Shown here: piece after piece, positions 37,340-49,917 of the stretch | Layout of the letters: the number at the start of each line of letters is the position of its first letter | Position numbering within the stretch: the stretch's first letter is position 1 | Source of the DNA: Neoconidiobolus thromboides FSU 785 | Lineage: Eukaryota; Fungi; Entomophthoromycota | Direction: 5' to 3' | Assembly: GCA_025603075.1 (NCBI GenBank) | Contig: MU626284.1 | Location: forward strand, 62,001-126,000 | DNA: 64,000 bases | The notes under the pieces: generated by a model | The model's input: the letters and a program-made list of their open reading frames with translations, nothing else | The model's database searches: none | What the model was told of the DNA's origin: nothing | Position numbers and translations under genes: made by a program

Positions 37340-38467
37340 ACAATTAGGTAGTAAAAGTTTTTATAGTAAATCAAAATAAAAAACTGTAAATCATATTACA
37401 TAAATTACAATCAAACTAACTATAAAGCTGTAATTAGGTTTATAAACAAGTTAAACAATTTACTATACTGTAATTAACTACAAAATTAACAAAGCAACAT
37501 TTTATATATGTTAAGTGGTTTGAAAGATACAATTAAAAAATAAATTTATATAATATATATGCCTAATATACAATTAAAAAATACCAAAAGAAAATATAAC
37601 AGTAAATAAAACAAGGATAAGAAGTTTTTTTGGCAAACAAAAGTTTACAATAATTTGTTAAGAAAATGTATAAACAAAAAAAGCTATTTGATAAAATATA
37701 AAATATAAAATTGTAATGATAATAATACAAATAAACAATTAAAATATTAATTAATATAGCTAAAAAAATTTACAACAAAAGTTTAAATTGATTTATATAA
37801 ATAGCATTATTTCATTTATAATACTTTTGATTAAAAATAGTAATTTTAAATATAATGAATGATTTTTAGATTTATAATAAATTTATACTACAATATTATA
37901 ATAAATTAGCAACAAATAATTTAATTTAAAAATCAATGTTCTATAACACATATTAATTTGATAAATTTAATAAAACCAGATATAATAGGATTTTTAAAAA
38001 AAGCTATTATATTTAAAAAAAATCATAGTTTATATTAAAATATAAAATATAAAAATAAAGCATCTTGTAATTAAAAAATAAAATCTCTTATAATAAATTT
38101 AAATGAAAGAAACTTTAAATCAGTTATATATAAATTTAAAAATATCCCTAGTTAAATTAACTATAAAAGCATAACTATTATAATAATCAATTATTAAACT
38201 GTTTAAATAATACTTAGAAAACAAAGAAAGTAATAAAACTAAAAAAAGATTGCTATTTTTTCAAAATAATACAGACTATTATTATTTAATAAAACAATCA
38301 AAAAGAAAACAGTAATTATTGTAATTAAATTGATTTTTGATTGATTTTTTAAAGTTTTTAAATTTTAAATTTTGCACAATTTTTTGTTTATAAATAAAAA
38401 TATAACTCAAACAAAAAAATTTATATTAAATTTATATTTAATTAAATATTATTTCAAGAAACTATAT

Positions 38468-38564
38468 AGGGATGTTTTTTTTGATTTCATTACTTTTTCT
38501 TCTTTAAGCATTATTTGAGCAGAAAAATTGTTAGTAAAATTCTTAAACATAAAAATACATCTCC
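38468..38564 (+). mobile_element. MITE family A copy
   Basis: AGGGATG...CATCTCC ends. Flanks are ATAT/ATAT. Confidence 0.85.
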
Positions 38565-39021
38565 ATATAACTTTTTAAAAGTTAGATTTTGATCTAATTT
38601 TGAAAAGAAACTAAAATCAACTTAATTATGCCATTTGTTTTTGGGGCATATTATTTTTCAAAAAGTATGCCACATACTGTTCAGAAGTTTCCTATTAAAT
38701 TTTATTATGACTAATTTATCTTAAGTCATGTTTTTAATTGGTTCAATAAGGTTTTAATTGGGATTTGATTTCGAGGTAAATCTGATTCAAGCTTAAAAAA
38801 TTTTCCAAAAAATTTTCCATAAATTTAGATTTTTAAAATCAAAATCACTAAATTATCCTATAAAATCATCTCTAATTTAAAAAGTATAAATAGAACTTGA
38901 AGCATCATTATTTTATCTTTTAAAAAATAATAATTTGAATTAACTATTGTTTTAATATTTAAACTTAACCCGATTACACTTATATTACATTACTTTTGTA
39001 TATTTCTAGCAATTCAATAAG

Positions 39022-40311
39022 ATGAAACGTCCTAATGGTAAAACAAGTGAAACTGAACCTTCCCCTAAACCAACAGTTAAGAGGGGGCGTGGCCGCACTC
39101 CCGGTAAAGCTGTTGCTTCATTAAACGCTATTCCTTCCCTTAACACAGAAACTGGGTTGGTTTTTATTTGCGGTCAAGGCGATTGTTCTCAACTTGGACT
39201 AGGTGAAGATATTATTGAAAGAAAAAAACCATTCCAAATCAAAAATCTAACTAATGTTGTTGAACTCGTTGCTGGTGGACTACATTCTCTAGCTATTAAT
39301 GATAAGGGTCAATTATATTCTTGGGGATGCAATGACGAAGGTGCTCTTGGTAGAGAAGGTGACGAATGGGAACCTGCTTTAGTTACCCTTGGTGAGGATA
39401 TCAAAGTTGTTCAAGTTACTGCTGGTGATTCCATTACTGCTTGTGTTACTTCTGAAGGTAATTTATATGCTTGGGGTACTTTTAGAAACCCAAGTGGTGT
39501 TTTGGGCTTCGTTGGAAACAAGAAACATATCCAAAAGACACCATTAAAGATTGAGGTAGGTACCCCATCAACTAAAGTTGTCAAAGTAGTCGCTGGTAAT
39601 AATCACTTGGTTGTTTTAACTACTAAAGGAAAGGTATATACCGTTGGTGATAACAAAGCTTCTCAATGCGGATTTAAGGAATACGATAGTAAGAATATCT
39701 CTAGTGAGGAAAAATCTTTAAAACTCAATCCACTCCCAGTTAAAAATATTGTTAACATCTTTGCTGGTGGTTACCATTCATTCGCTCGTGAAAAGACTGG
39801 AAGAATATATTCTTGGGGCATGAATAACTATAATCAATGCGCTATTGTAACCAAGGGTAATCTTGCTGGTGAAAGAATTGAAAAACCTACTCTTAGTCAT
39901 GGACTTACTGGAAATGATATCACTGAACTTTCTGGTGGTGAGCACCACACTTTAGCTTTAGGTGGGGGTAAAGTATATGGTGTCGGTCGTACTGACTCAT
40001 CTCAGCTTGGATTGCCAAAAGACCATCCAAGTGTTGTAAAGAGTAAAGATGGCAGCAAGGCTGCAGTTGAGGTCCTTACTGAAATCTCAGTTGGCACCAC
40101 TGCCGCAAGTGTTATTTGTGGTTCAAATCAATCTTTCGCTGTGACTACTGATCAAAAGGCCAGCGCTTGGGGATTCGGCGAATCCTTTGCTTTAGGACAT
40201 GGTTCTGAAGAAGACCAAGAAACTCCAAAGGTTATTGAGGCTCTTTCTACTAAGAAAGTTCTAAAAGTAGCATCTGGTGGTCAACATACCCTCTTTTTAG
40301 TTAAGGAATAA
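39022..40311 (+). CDS. RCC1: Regulator of chromosome condensation (RCC1/Srm1/Pim1), Ran GEF
   Basis: Seven RCC1 repeats (GQGDCSQLGLG, AGGLHSL, SWGCNDEGALGR, AWGTFR, AGGYHSF, GGEHHTL, SGGQHTL) after a basic N-terminal tail. No intron in the ORF. Confidence 0.9.
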   Translation: MKRPNGKTSETEPSPKPTVKRGRGRTPGKAVASLNAIPSLNTETGLVFICGQGDCSQLGLGEDIIERKKPFQIKNLTNVVELVAGGLHSLAINDKGQLYSWGCNDEGALGREGDEWEPALVTLGEDIKVVQVTAGDSITACVTSEGNLYAWGTFRNPSGVLGFVGNKKHIQKTPLKIEVGTPSTKVVKVVAGNNHLVVLTTKGKVYTVGDNKASQCGFKEYDSKNISSEEKSLKLNPLPVKNIVNIFAGGYHSFAREKTGRIYSWGMNNYNQCAIVTKGNLAGERIEKPTLSHGLTGNDITELSGGEHHTLALGGGKVYGVGRTDSSQLGLPKDHPSVVKSKDGSKAAVEVLTEISVGTTAASVICGSNQSFAVTTDQKASAWGFGESFALGHGSEEDQETPKVIEALSTKKVLKVASGGQHTLFLVKE

Positions 40312-40842
40312 TTTATAGGTTAAAACTTATGTGATGAAAAATAATTTTGACTATTTAGTCAGTAAAATTTAAATACGTAACTTATTAATAAACCAACCAA
40401 CATAATACCTAATAAAATTATATTATACACATAATGTTTTATTTTAGTATGTCTTTTACCTTAATATTGTAGTATTAACTTACATACTTCGGATAAATTA
40501 TTGCATCACTTAGTCAACTGACCTTTTATATGGCGTTTAATATAAAATCCCATAATTCATCAGTTTAGATTCGTTGATGAGATCATCAGCTAAAAATTTG
40601 ATCATTTTTTAAAAGAATGGCTTATAATTTATTACATGAGCTAAATTTAAAGAAATTAATTTATTTCAAAATATTTAAAGTGTGCTCAAGTTAATATAGC
40701 TGTTAAAGTACAATTGTGCAATGGTTAGCAATGATTTTCATGACTAGTAATTTGTATGATTACTGATTTATGGCTTAATGGGTGAAGTTTTGTCTTAATA
40801 TAATCATTATATTTATGTGCTAATCAAAGCATAATATTAAAT

Positions 40843-40939
40843 GGGGATGTATTTTTATGTTCAAAAGCTTTACTAACAAATTTTACACTCAAATAGTGCC
40901 AAAAGATAGAAAAAGTAATGAAGTTAAAAAAATACTCCC
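40843..40939 (-). mobile_element. MITE family A copy
   Basis: GGGGATGT...TACTCCC ends with a perfect non-palindromic AAAT/AAAT direct repeat. Confidence 0.88.
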
Positions 40940-42924
40940 AAATACTTATTATTCCTCATTTACTTCAGATTTCATACATATAATTGTAAAAATTCAGAAA
41001 ACTCTATAGAACTTTAAAGTCCAGACTATACAGCTGTTAGAATACAAACCTGCAGTAGTTAACACTCATTTTAACTATTGTTAAATCATCTCTTATCTGC
41101 TGCTTAAATTTAATACCAGTATTTTTTATCAGCCTCATAAAATAGAAGCCCATTTTGAAAAAACACTTACAAAAATAGTTTAAATAAAACCCCTTAGGGA
41201 TACAGTTGGACTCACTTCGAATTGAAAATAATGAACAGTTAGTTTATTTTAAAGTTTCAGTAAATTAGACTAAAATTTTGGATTAGTAGTTTTTACCACA
41301 TTTTAATAAAACAATTTACAAATTGAGCTAATTTTTTCTTGTTAACTTATCTTAACTTCACAATAAATCGCTTTTTGTTATGAAATTTGAAATGTAAAAA
41401 CCAAAAATTCTTCTAGTTTTTTATTTGAATTTTATTTTTACTATTTTTACTTTAAAATATCTTTAATTAATAATAATTTTGAGCTACAAATATAAGAAAA
41501 AGATACTAGAAATAACAATAATCAAAATGATAGCATACCATATTACACTTATCTACAAATAGTCCTTTAGTTTATCATTATAAGCTTCAATGAAAAGTGT
41601 TGATTTTTTAAACAGCAAACACCTTAGAAAAATCAACTAAATTACTAACTTTAAAAAATACCTCCTACTTATTTTTGATTTGAGGTGAGCCAACTATAAA
41701 GGAATTGGAAATAAAACTATACTAAAATTAAAGTTCAAGCTTATATCTCCCAAACTTTGAGCTAAAAAAGTAGAAAACAGCTACATAAAGGGCTACTTAA
41801 TAATTTTTGAAAAATGCTCATGATTCAACTTCGTAATTTCAGTAATTGACTGATTGCCATTAGGTTTTTTGATAAAGGCGTTGCTGTTGTCAAGTTAAAG
41901 CTAAGTGTAATCTGGATTCTTCTGGAGCACACTTTAATGAATTTAAACTATAATAAAAATAAATAAATGAAGCAATATGATCCAATTTGCATGCTGATAA
42001 AGCAAAATGACTGAAATTGTGAGTGCTTATTCAAACTATAAAAATTTAATAAAAAAATCGTATTTTTAGAATGAAATTTTTACTAAAGATAAAATCCCGC
42101 GCTTACTACTTAAAAAAGTAAAAACTAATGATTTTTGTTCTAAGCATTAAAATTAATTAAAATCAAATGAATGAAATAAATATAAAAATGAGATATTAAA
42201 CTTAACTATTTATATCTAATTTAATTCATATTTGTATTTTTAAATTCTTATTAAGTTTGTTTATCAAGTTACTATTTAAATTTATTTGTAAAAATCATTG
42301 TTATATTTGTGAGTTTTTAATTGAAAACTCTATTCGATTTGCGCAAGCTTTATAGTGCAACAAATCATTATAATCCATTATTATTTAATATCTTTATACT
42401 CTATCATTCGCTCTTTATAACTCTCTTTTTTATTAAAATATTTTTTTTATAATATTTATAAGCACTTTAACTAAAATTTCAAGTTTTAAATTAATAGAAA
42501 TTTTAAATGCCAACTTGAATTTGAAAAAAATAAAATCAAGCAACTTTTTAAGTTTACCAAATTCAGTTAAAGTTAATAAAAGTTTAAAATTAGAATTTAA
42601 CAAAAAGAACTAAGCATTAAAAGCTAGAGATGAGATCAGCTAAATTTAATTTGAAAGGGTGGTAACTAAAGAAAGAGTTTAAAAATTAATAATACCAAGA
42701 GATCAACTTAGTTATAAAGAAAGTATAAAAGAAGAACTAATAGAAATTTGATTTTTTTAATCGTTACATATTATAGTATTACAGTATAGTTTAGCATCTT
42801 ATAATTAGAGCCTATTGATATAACTCAATTTATCTTTGATATATTAATTGTCATTCATAAAACTCATTTATTAAACATATACTCTCATTAAACATAATTT
42901 AATTTTATTTCAACTAATTATAAA

Positions 42925-44292
42925 ATGGAATATACAGCTGAAGAATATAGTAAAATTGGTAGCCGATTAAGACACACTACCCGTAAACAACAAGTTGAGT
43001 ATGAATTAGTAGATATTGTAGGACGCGGGTCATGTGGAGCGGTATATTTAGCACAGATGGTGAATGAACCTTATACTTTATTTGCAGTAAAAACTTTAGC
43101 TAAAAATGCACTAAGGCCTCAAATTTGCGAAGAGATTTCGATCCATCGTATGGTTAGCTGGCACCCCTCTGTAGTTAGCTTAGAATTTGTGATTGAATTA
43201 GAGAACACTATCTATATAGGATTAGAGTATTGCAAAGGCGGAGACCTTTATGATGCTATAACAATTGGAAATATTACCAACTGTTCAGAAGATGAGATTG
43301 AGCCTGATGTCAACGACAATAAACCTACTAATCGAGATGAGCTTGTCAGAAACTTATTTTTAGGGATTTTAAATGCTACAGACTTTTGTCATTCAAGAGG
43401 GGTCTACCATCGAGATTTAAAGCCAGAAAACATCTTATTAGATCAAGATTGTAAAATCAAGATAGCTGATTTTGGGTTGGCTACACGCTCTATTTGGAGT
43501 AAAGAATATGGTTGTGGCTCCTGCTTTTATATGGCACCAGAAGCACATAAACCAAAGAGTAAAAATAAGACCAATATGTATTATTGTACCTCCGCAGCCG
43601 ATATTTGGTCTTTAGGAATTATTTTTTTAAACTTATGTTTTGGTAGAAACCCATGGAAAAGAGCTTCCACTGAAGATCAAGCATTTTTAGAATATATCTT
43701 TAATCCAAACTTATTAAAAGAAATGTTCCCACTGAGTGATTATGGCCATAAACTGGTAACCAAAATGTTATGTATCAATCCATTGAGAAGGATTACTATC
43801 AATGAATTGATCAAAGAAGTCAAGTCGATCCCTTACTTCATTAAAAAGAAGCAAAAAGATTCAGTGCGCTACCCAACTAAAAAACAAGCTAATAATATAA
43901 TAAATAACTATAAGAATGATAATATGTCGATGAACGAAACTATCATTAAAAGCACTTTAAGTGAAATGAACCAAGTTACGCCCAAGATTCAAGTTGAAAA
44001 AATGACAGCTGAAGACAGTGGAATAAGTGAGAGTGATGGTACACAAATCAAGTCCAACGAAGAGGGAGAGGAGGATTTTGTAACTACATTATCAGGCTCA
44101 CCACCTGTAATTAGCAGTAAAAAAAGTTCATTTGATGAAATTGAGATTGAAAAACTATCTGTTGAAAAAAGGACAGAAAACTGGATTCAACAACATGCCA
44201 AAATTAACAAATTAAATTTAAATATTAACGCTTCAGATCAATCCATCAACGCTTATTGGTCTTGTGAATCTGCCGCGCTATCCCCTGTTTAA
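42925..44292 (+). CDS. Ser/Thr protein kinase, Ran1/Pat1-Sks1/Vhs1-like
   Basis: GRGSCG, AVK, HRDLKPEN, DFG and MAPE are all intact. YGCGSCFYM and FGRNPWKRA are characteristic of this family. Confidence 0.9.
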   Translation: MEYTAEEYSKIGSRLRHTTRKQQVEYELVDIVGRGSCGAVYLAQMVNEPYTLFAVKTLAKNALRPQICEEISIHRMVSWHPSVVSLEFVIELENTIYIGLEYCKGGDLYDAITIGNITNCSEDEIEPDVNDNKPTNRDELVRNLFLGILNATDFCHSRGVYHRDLKPENILLDQDCKIKIADFGLATRSIWSKEYGCGSCFYMAPEAHKPKSKNKTNMYYCTSAADIWSLGIIFLNLCFGRNPWKRASTEDQAFLEYIFNPNLLKEMFPLSDYGHKLVTKMLCINPLRRITINELIKEVKSIPYFIKKKQKDSVRYPTKKQANNIINNYKNDNMSMNETIIKSTLSEMNQVTPKIQVEKMTAEDSGISESDGTQIKSNEEGEEDFVTTLSGSPPVISSKKSSFDEIEIEKLSVEKRTENWIQQHAKINKLNLNINASDQSINAYWSCESAALSPV

Positions 44293-45314
44293 ATGCCTTG
44301 CTTTTTATTTTTCTCCTCCTAATTTTTTAGTCTATTTTAGTATTTATTTTAGAAAAGTTTAAAAATAAAAATAAAAATTCAAACTTACTACAAATTAATT
44401 TGAAATAAGGGTTTTATAAATTACAGTTGATATAAGTACGATCTCAACCAAAACGAATATTTTAATTTTACACATAATTTATGTTTAAGTAATTGGTATC
44501 CAATCAAGCTATTTAAACCTCAGATTAAGCTTGTTCCCAAATAACTGTTTTCCATGTAATCAATACATATTTCTCTTACACAAACTGTTTAAAAATAATG
44601 TGGAAATATGCTTGCATTTCTTCTACTTTAGTTAATTGATTGACTTTGGGCTATTTTTAATTGATCTAACTATTTATATGTATTGGTTAGTTTAAAATTT
44701 TAATACTTTGCTTGTATTGATATTAATTTAATTGAAATACATAAAAACACCTGTTTTGTATTGAAATTAGTTCATTACTTTTATACACAGGTTTACTATG
44801 TGTAGATTAGAACGATGAAAGTAAGTTACAATCAGAAAAAGAATATAACTATGCAATAAGCATTTAACTGAAAATTATTCAATTCATAAACTAGAGAAAG
44901 AGAAGATTAAAAGAAGCCAATTTGTACTAGATTAAAATATGAACAGAAGCATAGCATTTTTATACTTGTTTTGTCCAAACACTTTACTCATTCCAAGTCA
45001 GAGCTCATTTCTTTTCAAGACACAAATTTAGTAAGAGGAAATGACTATTTCTTAACCATGTCTATTTTCTACTAACAATAGCATGTTAATTAAAAAACAG
45101 TTCAGCAATTGAAATCACTTATAATGGAGAATGCTAAGAAAATCGTTGGTAACCAAAAGCTTAAAATAGCAAATTTTAATATAGAATATTCTAAACTTTA
45201 AATCTATGTGTGGAAAGATAATATCATCAAAATCACTGAAAATGATATATAAAGGATGTTGGAGTGATCAATTGATAATATAAAACGAGTATTTTTCTTG
45301 CTAATTACTACAAA

Positions 45315-46022
45315 ATGTCTACCGAGTCTTTAAATACTGTTGATTTAGTTAAACTGGAACAAAACGTTTACAATAAAGAGGAAACCAATTGGAACTATAG
45401 ATTAAATAAATATTTCAAGACCAAAAAATACCATTATACCATTATCGGTATCGTGTTTCTGGATATAAGCTTGTTGGCCATAGGTCTGGTATTAGGTAAT
45501 TGAAAAACGCTTACCACGTAAGAAAACAACTAACTTTTTATCTATAGTCACTTACAATCAACCTGAAACTCTATTTGCAAACAAAATTTTGTTCTACATT
45601 TCTTGGGTCTTCCCTTTAATTTTTTTTGTAGAAATATTTGTAAAGGTCTATCTAGTCAAGGGATTTAAATACTATTTTGACAGTTGGGTCAAAATTGCAG
45701 ATTTTGTTATCTTAACTTTCTCAGTCGTGTCTGATATTGCTTTGTATGTATTGCTTATGGAACATGCACCCGCTACTGCTACAGCAGTCATTATCTTTAG
45801 GTTATATAAGATGTTCCGTTTGTTTCATGTTTTTACTCATATACAGCAAATGAATGTAAGTTTGTTTATTAGGATTAATATTTAATCTGTCTTATTTTTT
45901 TGCCCTTTTAGAGTGAAAATCACCATCCAGAATGCTGTGAAAAAGTGAATCTTCTAGAAGAGCAGATTCAACAGCTAATGAACGAGCTTGCTAAAGTTGA
46001 TTGTAGTAAAAATGAGGCATAA
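45315..46022 (+). CDS. HVCN1: Voltage-gated proton channel Hv1-like voltage-sensor-only protein
   Basis: 3 exons (45315-45495, 45548-45855, 45912-46022), 199 aa. S1 VFLDISLL, S2 FFVEIFVK, S3 IADFVILTFSVVSD, S4 FRLYKMFRLFH, then a C-terminal coiled coil. No pore domain. Confidence 0.75.
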
Positions 46023-46734
46023 TGAGCTTGTTTATGTATATGCTTATCACTTTAAAATACCTTTGAAAGATCTATGGCTCAGCATTAGCTTGTTTGAGTT
46101 ACTTAGTGAGAGTTCTTTTCGGGTAGAACTTTGAAGTTGCTTTGAAAATCCTAAGATGTCACCTTTAGCGAGATAAGTGATATAGTTAGTTTAATTTTTA
46201 TTGTATGTGTCTTGAATGGATGATGAAGGGTTTCATTTTAACTGCGAGTTATTTTACAAATGGTTAAATATGAAATAAAATAATAAACATTTATTACACC
46301 TTTTCTTAGAAAACATTTCTTTAAAACTTTTAAATAAAAACTAATTTCAGTATAACATTTATAATACAAAACCTTCACTCTTTAACTTATTATCTATAGC
46401 AAGGAATAAGCATCGGGTATTATAAAGCAGTTTATTAATATAAGTGAAATTTTAAGTTAAAACGTAACTAACGTCATATAAGGAATATTTTAATTGATAA
46501 ATTTTCAACCCGTATATCAGCTCTTTAATCGAATACCATATTCTCATAGACTATCTTTATAACACATTATCGCCCAAAGATAGCATTATACTTAAAACTT
46601 AGAGTCTACAGTGTTGGATAAAACTGAGTTAATATTTTCAATTAAAATTCTCTTTATGTAACCAAAATTTGCAAAGAATGATAATTTAATTCTAGTTCAG
46701 CTTATAGAACTTTTATCTCTTTTGTATAATTAAG

Positions 46735-49700
46735 ATGACTGATATAAATATTACATATCAAAATAAAGAAGAAACAGCGAGAGATGATTTGATATTAAGG
46801 AAGCCAGAGATAAAAATAATGGGTGAATATATCGCTTTAAACTCAGAAGAGATAGGAATTAAGTTAAAAATTGATTATCACATACTAACACCACTATGTC
46901 AAAAGAATATACCAACAAGGATTATTTTCATTGTTTTGGATACTGAGATGAGCACAATCGAGTTACTACTTACTAAAAGATATATTATTGATTTAATCTC
47001 AGAGGTTTATTTGTATGTGAGAGATATTATTTTTGTTTGTGAAGGGAGTGTGAAAGTATTTCCTTTGATGCAATGTCAGCTAACTGAGATCGTTGAGGTG
47101 ATTGAGAGTTGTACAGAGAATAAAAGTTCGAATTTCAGATCAAGTATTCGAAGATTTTTTAGCTTCATTCAAGAAAATATATGGAATGACAAGGTTTCAA
47201 ATGGGCTGATATTTACTAACGGAAACGACCATAATAATAATTCAAGTTTTTATATTATAGATGAGCTCAAAGATCTAATTAATATTAAAGAAAATCTTAG
47301 CTTAAGTATCAACTGTATCACATTTTCATCTAACTATAATAACTTATTTTTAAATTGTTTATTACTAAGCGGCACTCAAAGAGGTATCTTACAGTTTGTA
47401 CCCGATTTATCTAGTATAAAAGAGAGTATTAATTCAGTTATTGATTATATGGGGATAATAAAAGTGGAATTTTTTATTGGAAATTGCCTACATCAACATC
47501 TACAAACTATAACGAATTTAGATAGCTATTTAATTATTAAAAAAGATAAATACAGTAATGATGAGATGGTATTATTTATTAAACAGATTAGTGAAAAGAA
47601 AAAAGAAACTTTTATACCCATTAGTAGTATAAAATGTAAACAGTATTTTAAAGATGATTTAACCGGGCATTATCAGTTTATCCATAGCACCTTTATTGAA
47701 CTTGAGATTAAAACGATAGCAAAGCAAGTGTTTGATTTTAAAGTGAAGCCATTAATAAATGAAGAGTTAGATGATATACATAGAACTTTAGATAAGATCA
47801 ATCGACTTTTGGATGCCAATTTTCAAACTATTGGTAGGTCCAAGGTGGAAAGCCGGAAATTGGTACGTAATAAAATTTTACATGTTAAGAGACTGGCCAA
47901 GAAATTAGAGCATAATGTATTACAATATAGAAATAACCAACTGAACCATGATAGGATAGCTCAATGGAGGACTCTAACGCCAGATAGCATTTCAGTGAAT
48001 AATAAAGGTAAAAAAGCCATATTTAAAAGGATGGGTAAAAATATTAGGAGAATTGAAAGGAATGAGAAGAGGATAACAGAATTATCACACTTAATTAATA
48101 ATACAGAGCTACATAAAGAAATAAATAGTACTTTATTAGAGAACACAAGATGCGCTTTTAGCAGAGTGAACTTAATAGAAGCATTGGAATCTGGGGATTG
48201 TATAGGTTTAGGTTTATTGGTGGGACGTAATGATTCTACAATCTTTGATCCAAGTAAGATTAATATCTTAGATATAAGCTCCACATTTATAAGTGTGGAC
48301 ACGTTTATGGAGATGTTAACTTACAAAATACAAGTACAAAATTTGGAGGACGATTTGGTACATGGGGGTTTTAATACATTGTTGGATTCCTTTGTCACTT
48401 CAGGTTTAAGGAATGAAAAGATCAATGCCATTTTGCCATTGTATTTACATCCAAAGCATTGGGAAATTTCATCAAGGAGATCAAGACCTATATTGGCGTG
48501 GATGACTACTTTATCTATTACTGGGGGATCTGGGTCAGAGTTGAAAGTGATACCATTTATGGTATTGTCAAAATGTTTCGAAAATTACCTGTCGAATAAC
48601 ACAGAGCATAATTTATTTGTCCTTAAATTACTGTTTGAAACTTGCTTACAAGTTTATCAATTTCCATTTCAAACAAGTATACAAGAGGATACTATCAAAA
48701 AGTTTAAAGATTATAAAAATGGCGCTTTAAATAGAACTATCGACGTTATCCCAGATAACCTATTGTTTCTAATGAGGCTATTATGCGCAGTCCATTTGAA
48801 GGATATTTCAAAGGAAGACTTTTTTGATACTTTGAAGCAGGTCAAAGACGAACTGCTTGAAGAAAGCATAAGAAGAAGATTGAATGTGGATTGGTTTCAG
48901 CCTAGATATGGAAATAATCTAATTGAATTGATGAATATTAATTTAGATAAAGATGTCAATGATGTATTTGAGGAATGGGAAACTAGAAAAGAAATCGAAA
49001 GAGTAAACAGAAGGAAACAATTGAGTTATTCAGCTTATATAAAAATGCTTAAAGGAGTTGAAGGGATATACAACAATAAAGAAGACGAAATAGACTATAG
49101 CGATTTACCATTGTTTAGGTTTGATGAAGTAAACTACAAGTTATCTGAAGCAACAAAATATTTCATAAAAGACACCAAAAACTATATAAAGCAAGATGTC
49201 AATATATTATTAAACTTAATTGATTTATTCACTATTGATACAGATTTGATTATTAAGCAAGATTTGAATGAGATGAAAAAATATAGCAGTCAACTTAACA
49301 AAAATAATATCGATACTTGGTTAGACGCATTTTCAATTGAGCAACAATTTTCAATCTTTCATCAAAGTTATTTACATCGAGATAATGAAGTTCGAAGAAA
49401 AGCAATAGTAGAAGGAAGATACATTAATTATTGTTTACCAGAGTACAAAGATAAACTTAAATATAATTATATGTCAAATCTGATTGAAAAAGAAGTCAAT
49501 GAAACACTTCTATTAAAAAAGCAAAGATATATAAGCATCATTAAAGATCTTGAAGATAATTTATTGGCAACCAAATTATATACTACTATTGATTTAGAAG
49601 AATTTGCAGCAATATTAAAATACAAAATCAAGTATCGTTCAGTTAGAAGCTTTAGCTACTTTTTAACTAAATTTCAAAATGAAAAAATTCATAATGACCA

Positions 49701-49917
49701 AGAATATCATTTAAGATATGGTAAATTGATAATTATTATCAATGGTCAATTTCAACAACAAATTTTATTTTTGGAAAACACTGAATGGCTCCCATCAAAT
49801 TCGAATATTAGAAAGTTAATTAGACCATTTTTTATTTATGGTAAAATATTTAATGTAAATCAATTTTGTACTCTGTTCCCGAAAAAACAAAGTTGGGTCT
49901 TAGATAACTTTAGTTAA
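46735..49917 (+). CDS. 1060-aa protein with a degenerate N-terminal VWA-like domain and an uncharacterised C-terminal region
   Basis: Intronless. IIFIVLDTEMS, LIFTNGND and INCITFSS resemble VWA strands with a broken MIDAS. Conserved blocks are shared with the ORF starting at 61939. Confidence 0.7.
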   Translation: MTDINITYQNKEETARDDLILRKPEIKIMGEYIALNSEEIGIKLKIDYHILTPLCQKNIPTRIIFIVLDTEMSTIELLLTKRYIIDLISEVYLYVRDIIFVCEGSVKVFPLMQCQLTEIVEVIESCTENKSSNFRSSIRRFFSFIQENIWNDKVSNGLIFTNGNDHNNNSSFYIIDELKDLINIKENLSLSINCITFSSNYNNLFLNCLLLSGTQRGILQFVPDLSSIKESINSVIDYMGIIKVEFFIGNCLHQHLQTITNLDSYLIIKKDKYSNDEMVLFIKQISEKKKETFIPISSIKCKQYFKDDLTGHYQFIHSTFIELEIKTIAKQVFDFKVKPLINEELDDIHRTLDKINRLLDANFQTIGRSKVESRKLVRNKILHVKRLAKKLEHNVLQYRNNQLNHDRIAQWRTLTPDSISVNNKGKKAIFKRMGKNIRRIERNEKRITELSHLINNTELHKEINSTLLENTRCAFSRVNLIEALESGDCIGLGLLVGRNDSTIFDPSKINILDISSTFISVDTFMEMLTYKIQVQNLEDDLVHGGFNTLLDSFVTSGLRNEKINAILPLYLHPKHWEISSRRSRPILAWMTTLSITGGSGSELKVIPFMVLSKCFENYLSNNTEHNLFVLKLLFETCLQVYQFPFQTSIQEDTIKKFKDYKNGALNRTIDVIPDNLLFLMRLLCAVHLKDISKEDFFDTLKQVKDELLEESIRRRLNVDWFQPRYGNNLIELMNINLDKDVNDVFEEWETRKEIERVNRRKQLSYSAYIKMLKGVEGIYNNKEDEIDYSDLPLFRFDEVNYKLSEATKYFIKDTKNYIKQDVNILLNLIDLFTIDTDLIIKQDLNEMKKYSSQLNKNNIDTWLDAFSIEQQFSIFHQSYLHRDNEVRRKAIVEGRYINYCLPEYKDKLKYNYMSNLIEKEVNETLLLKKQRYISIIKDLEDNLLATKLYTTIDLEEFAAILKYKIKYRSVRSFSYFLTKFQNEKIHNDQEYHLRYGKLIIIINGQFQQQILFLENTEWLPSNSNIRKLIRPFFIYGKIFNVNQFCTLFPKKQSWVLDNFS

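Noticed and set aside
39070-39110. AT-hook in the RCC1 N-terminal tail (KRGRGRTP)
   Set aside because: It lacks the exact RGRP core and is better explained as the normal basic NLS/DNA-binding tail.
40570-42650. GATGAGATCA(TC)AGCTAAA at about 40576 and 42629, possible C/D snoRNA box
   Set aside because: No properly spaced box D or terminal stem; a short match like this is plausible by chance.
46030-46260. Possible SECIS or structured ncRNA downstream of Hv1
   Set aside because: Only short stems are present, there is no AUGA/GA quartet with an apical AA, and the gene has no in-frame UGA.
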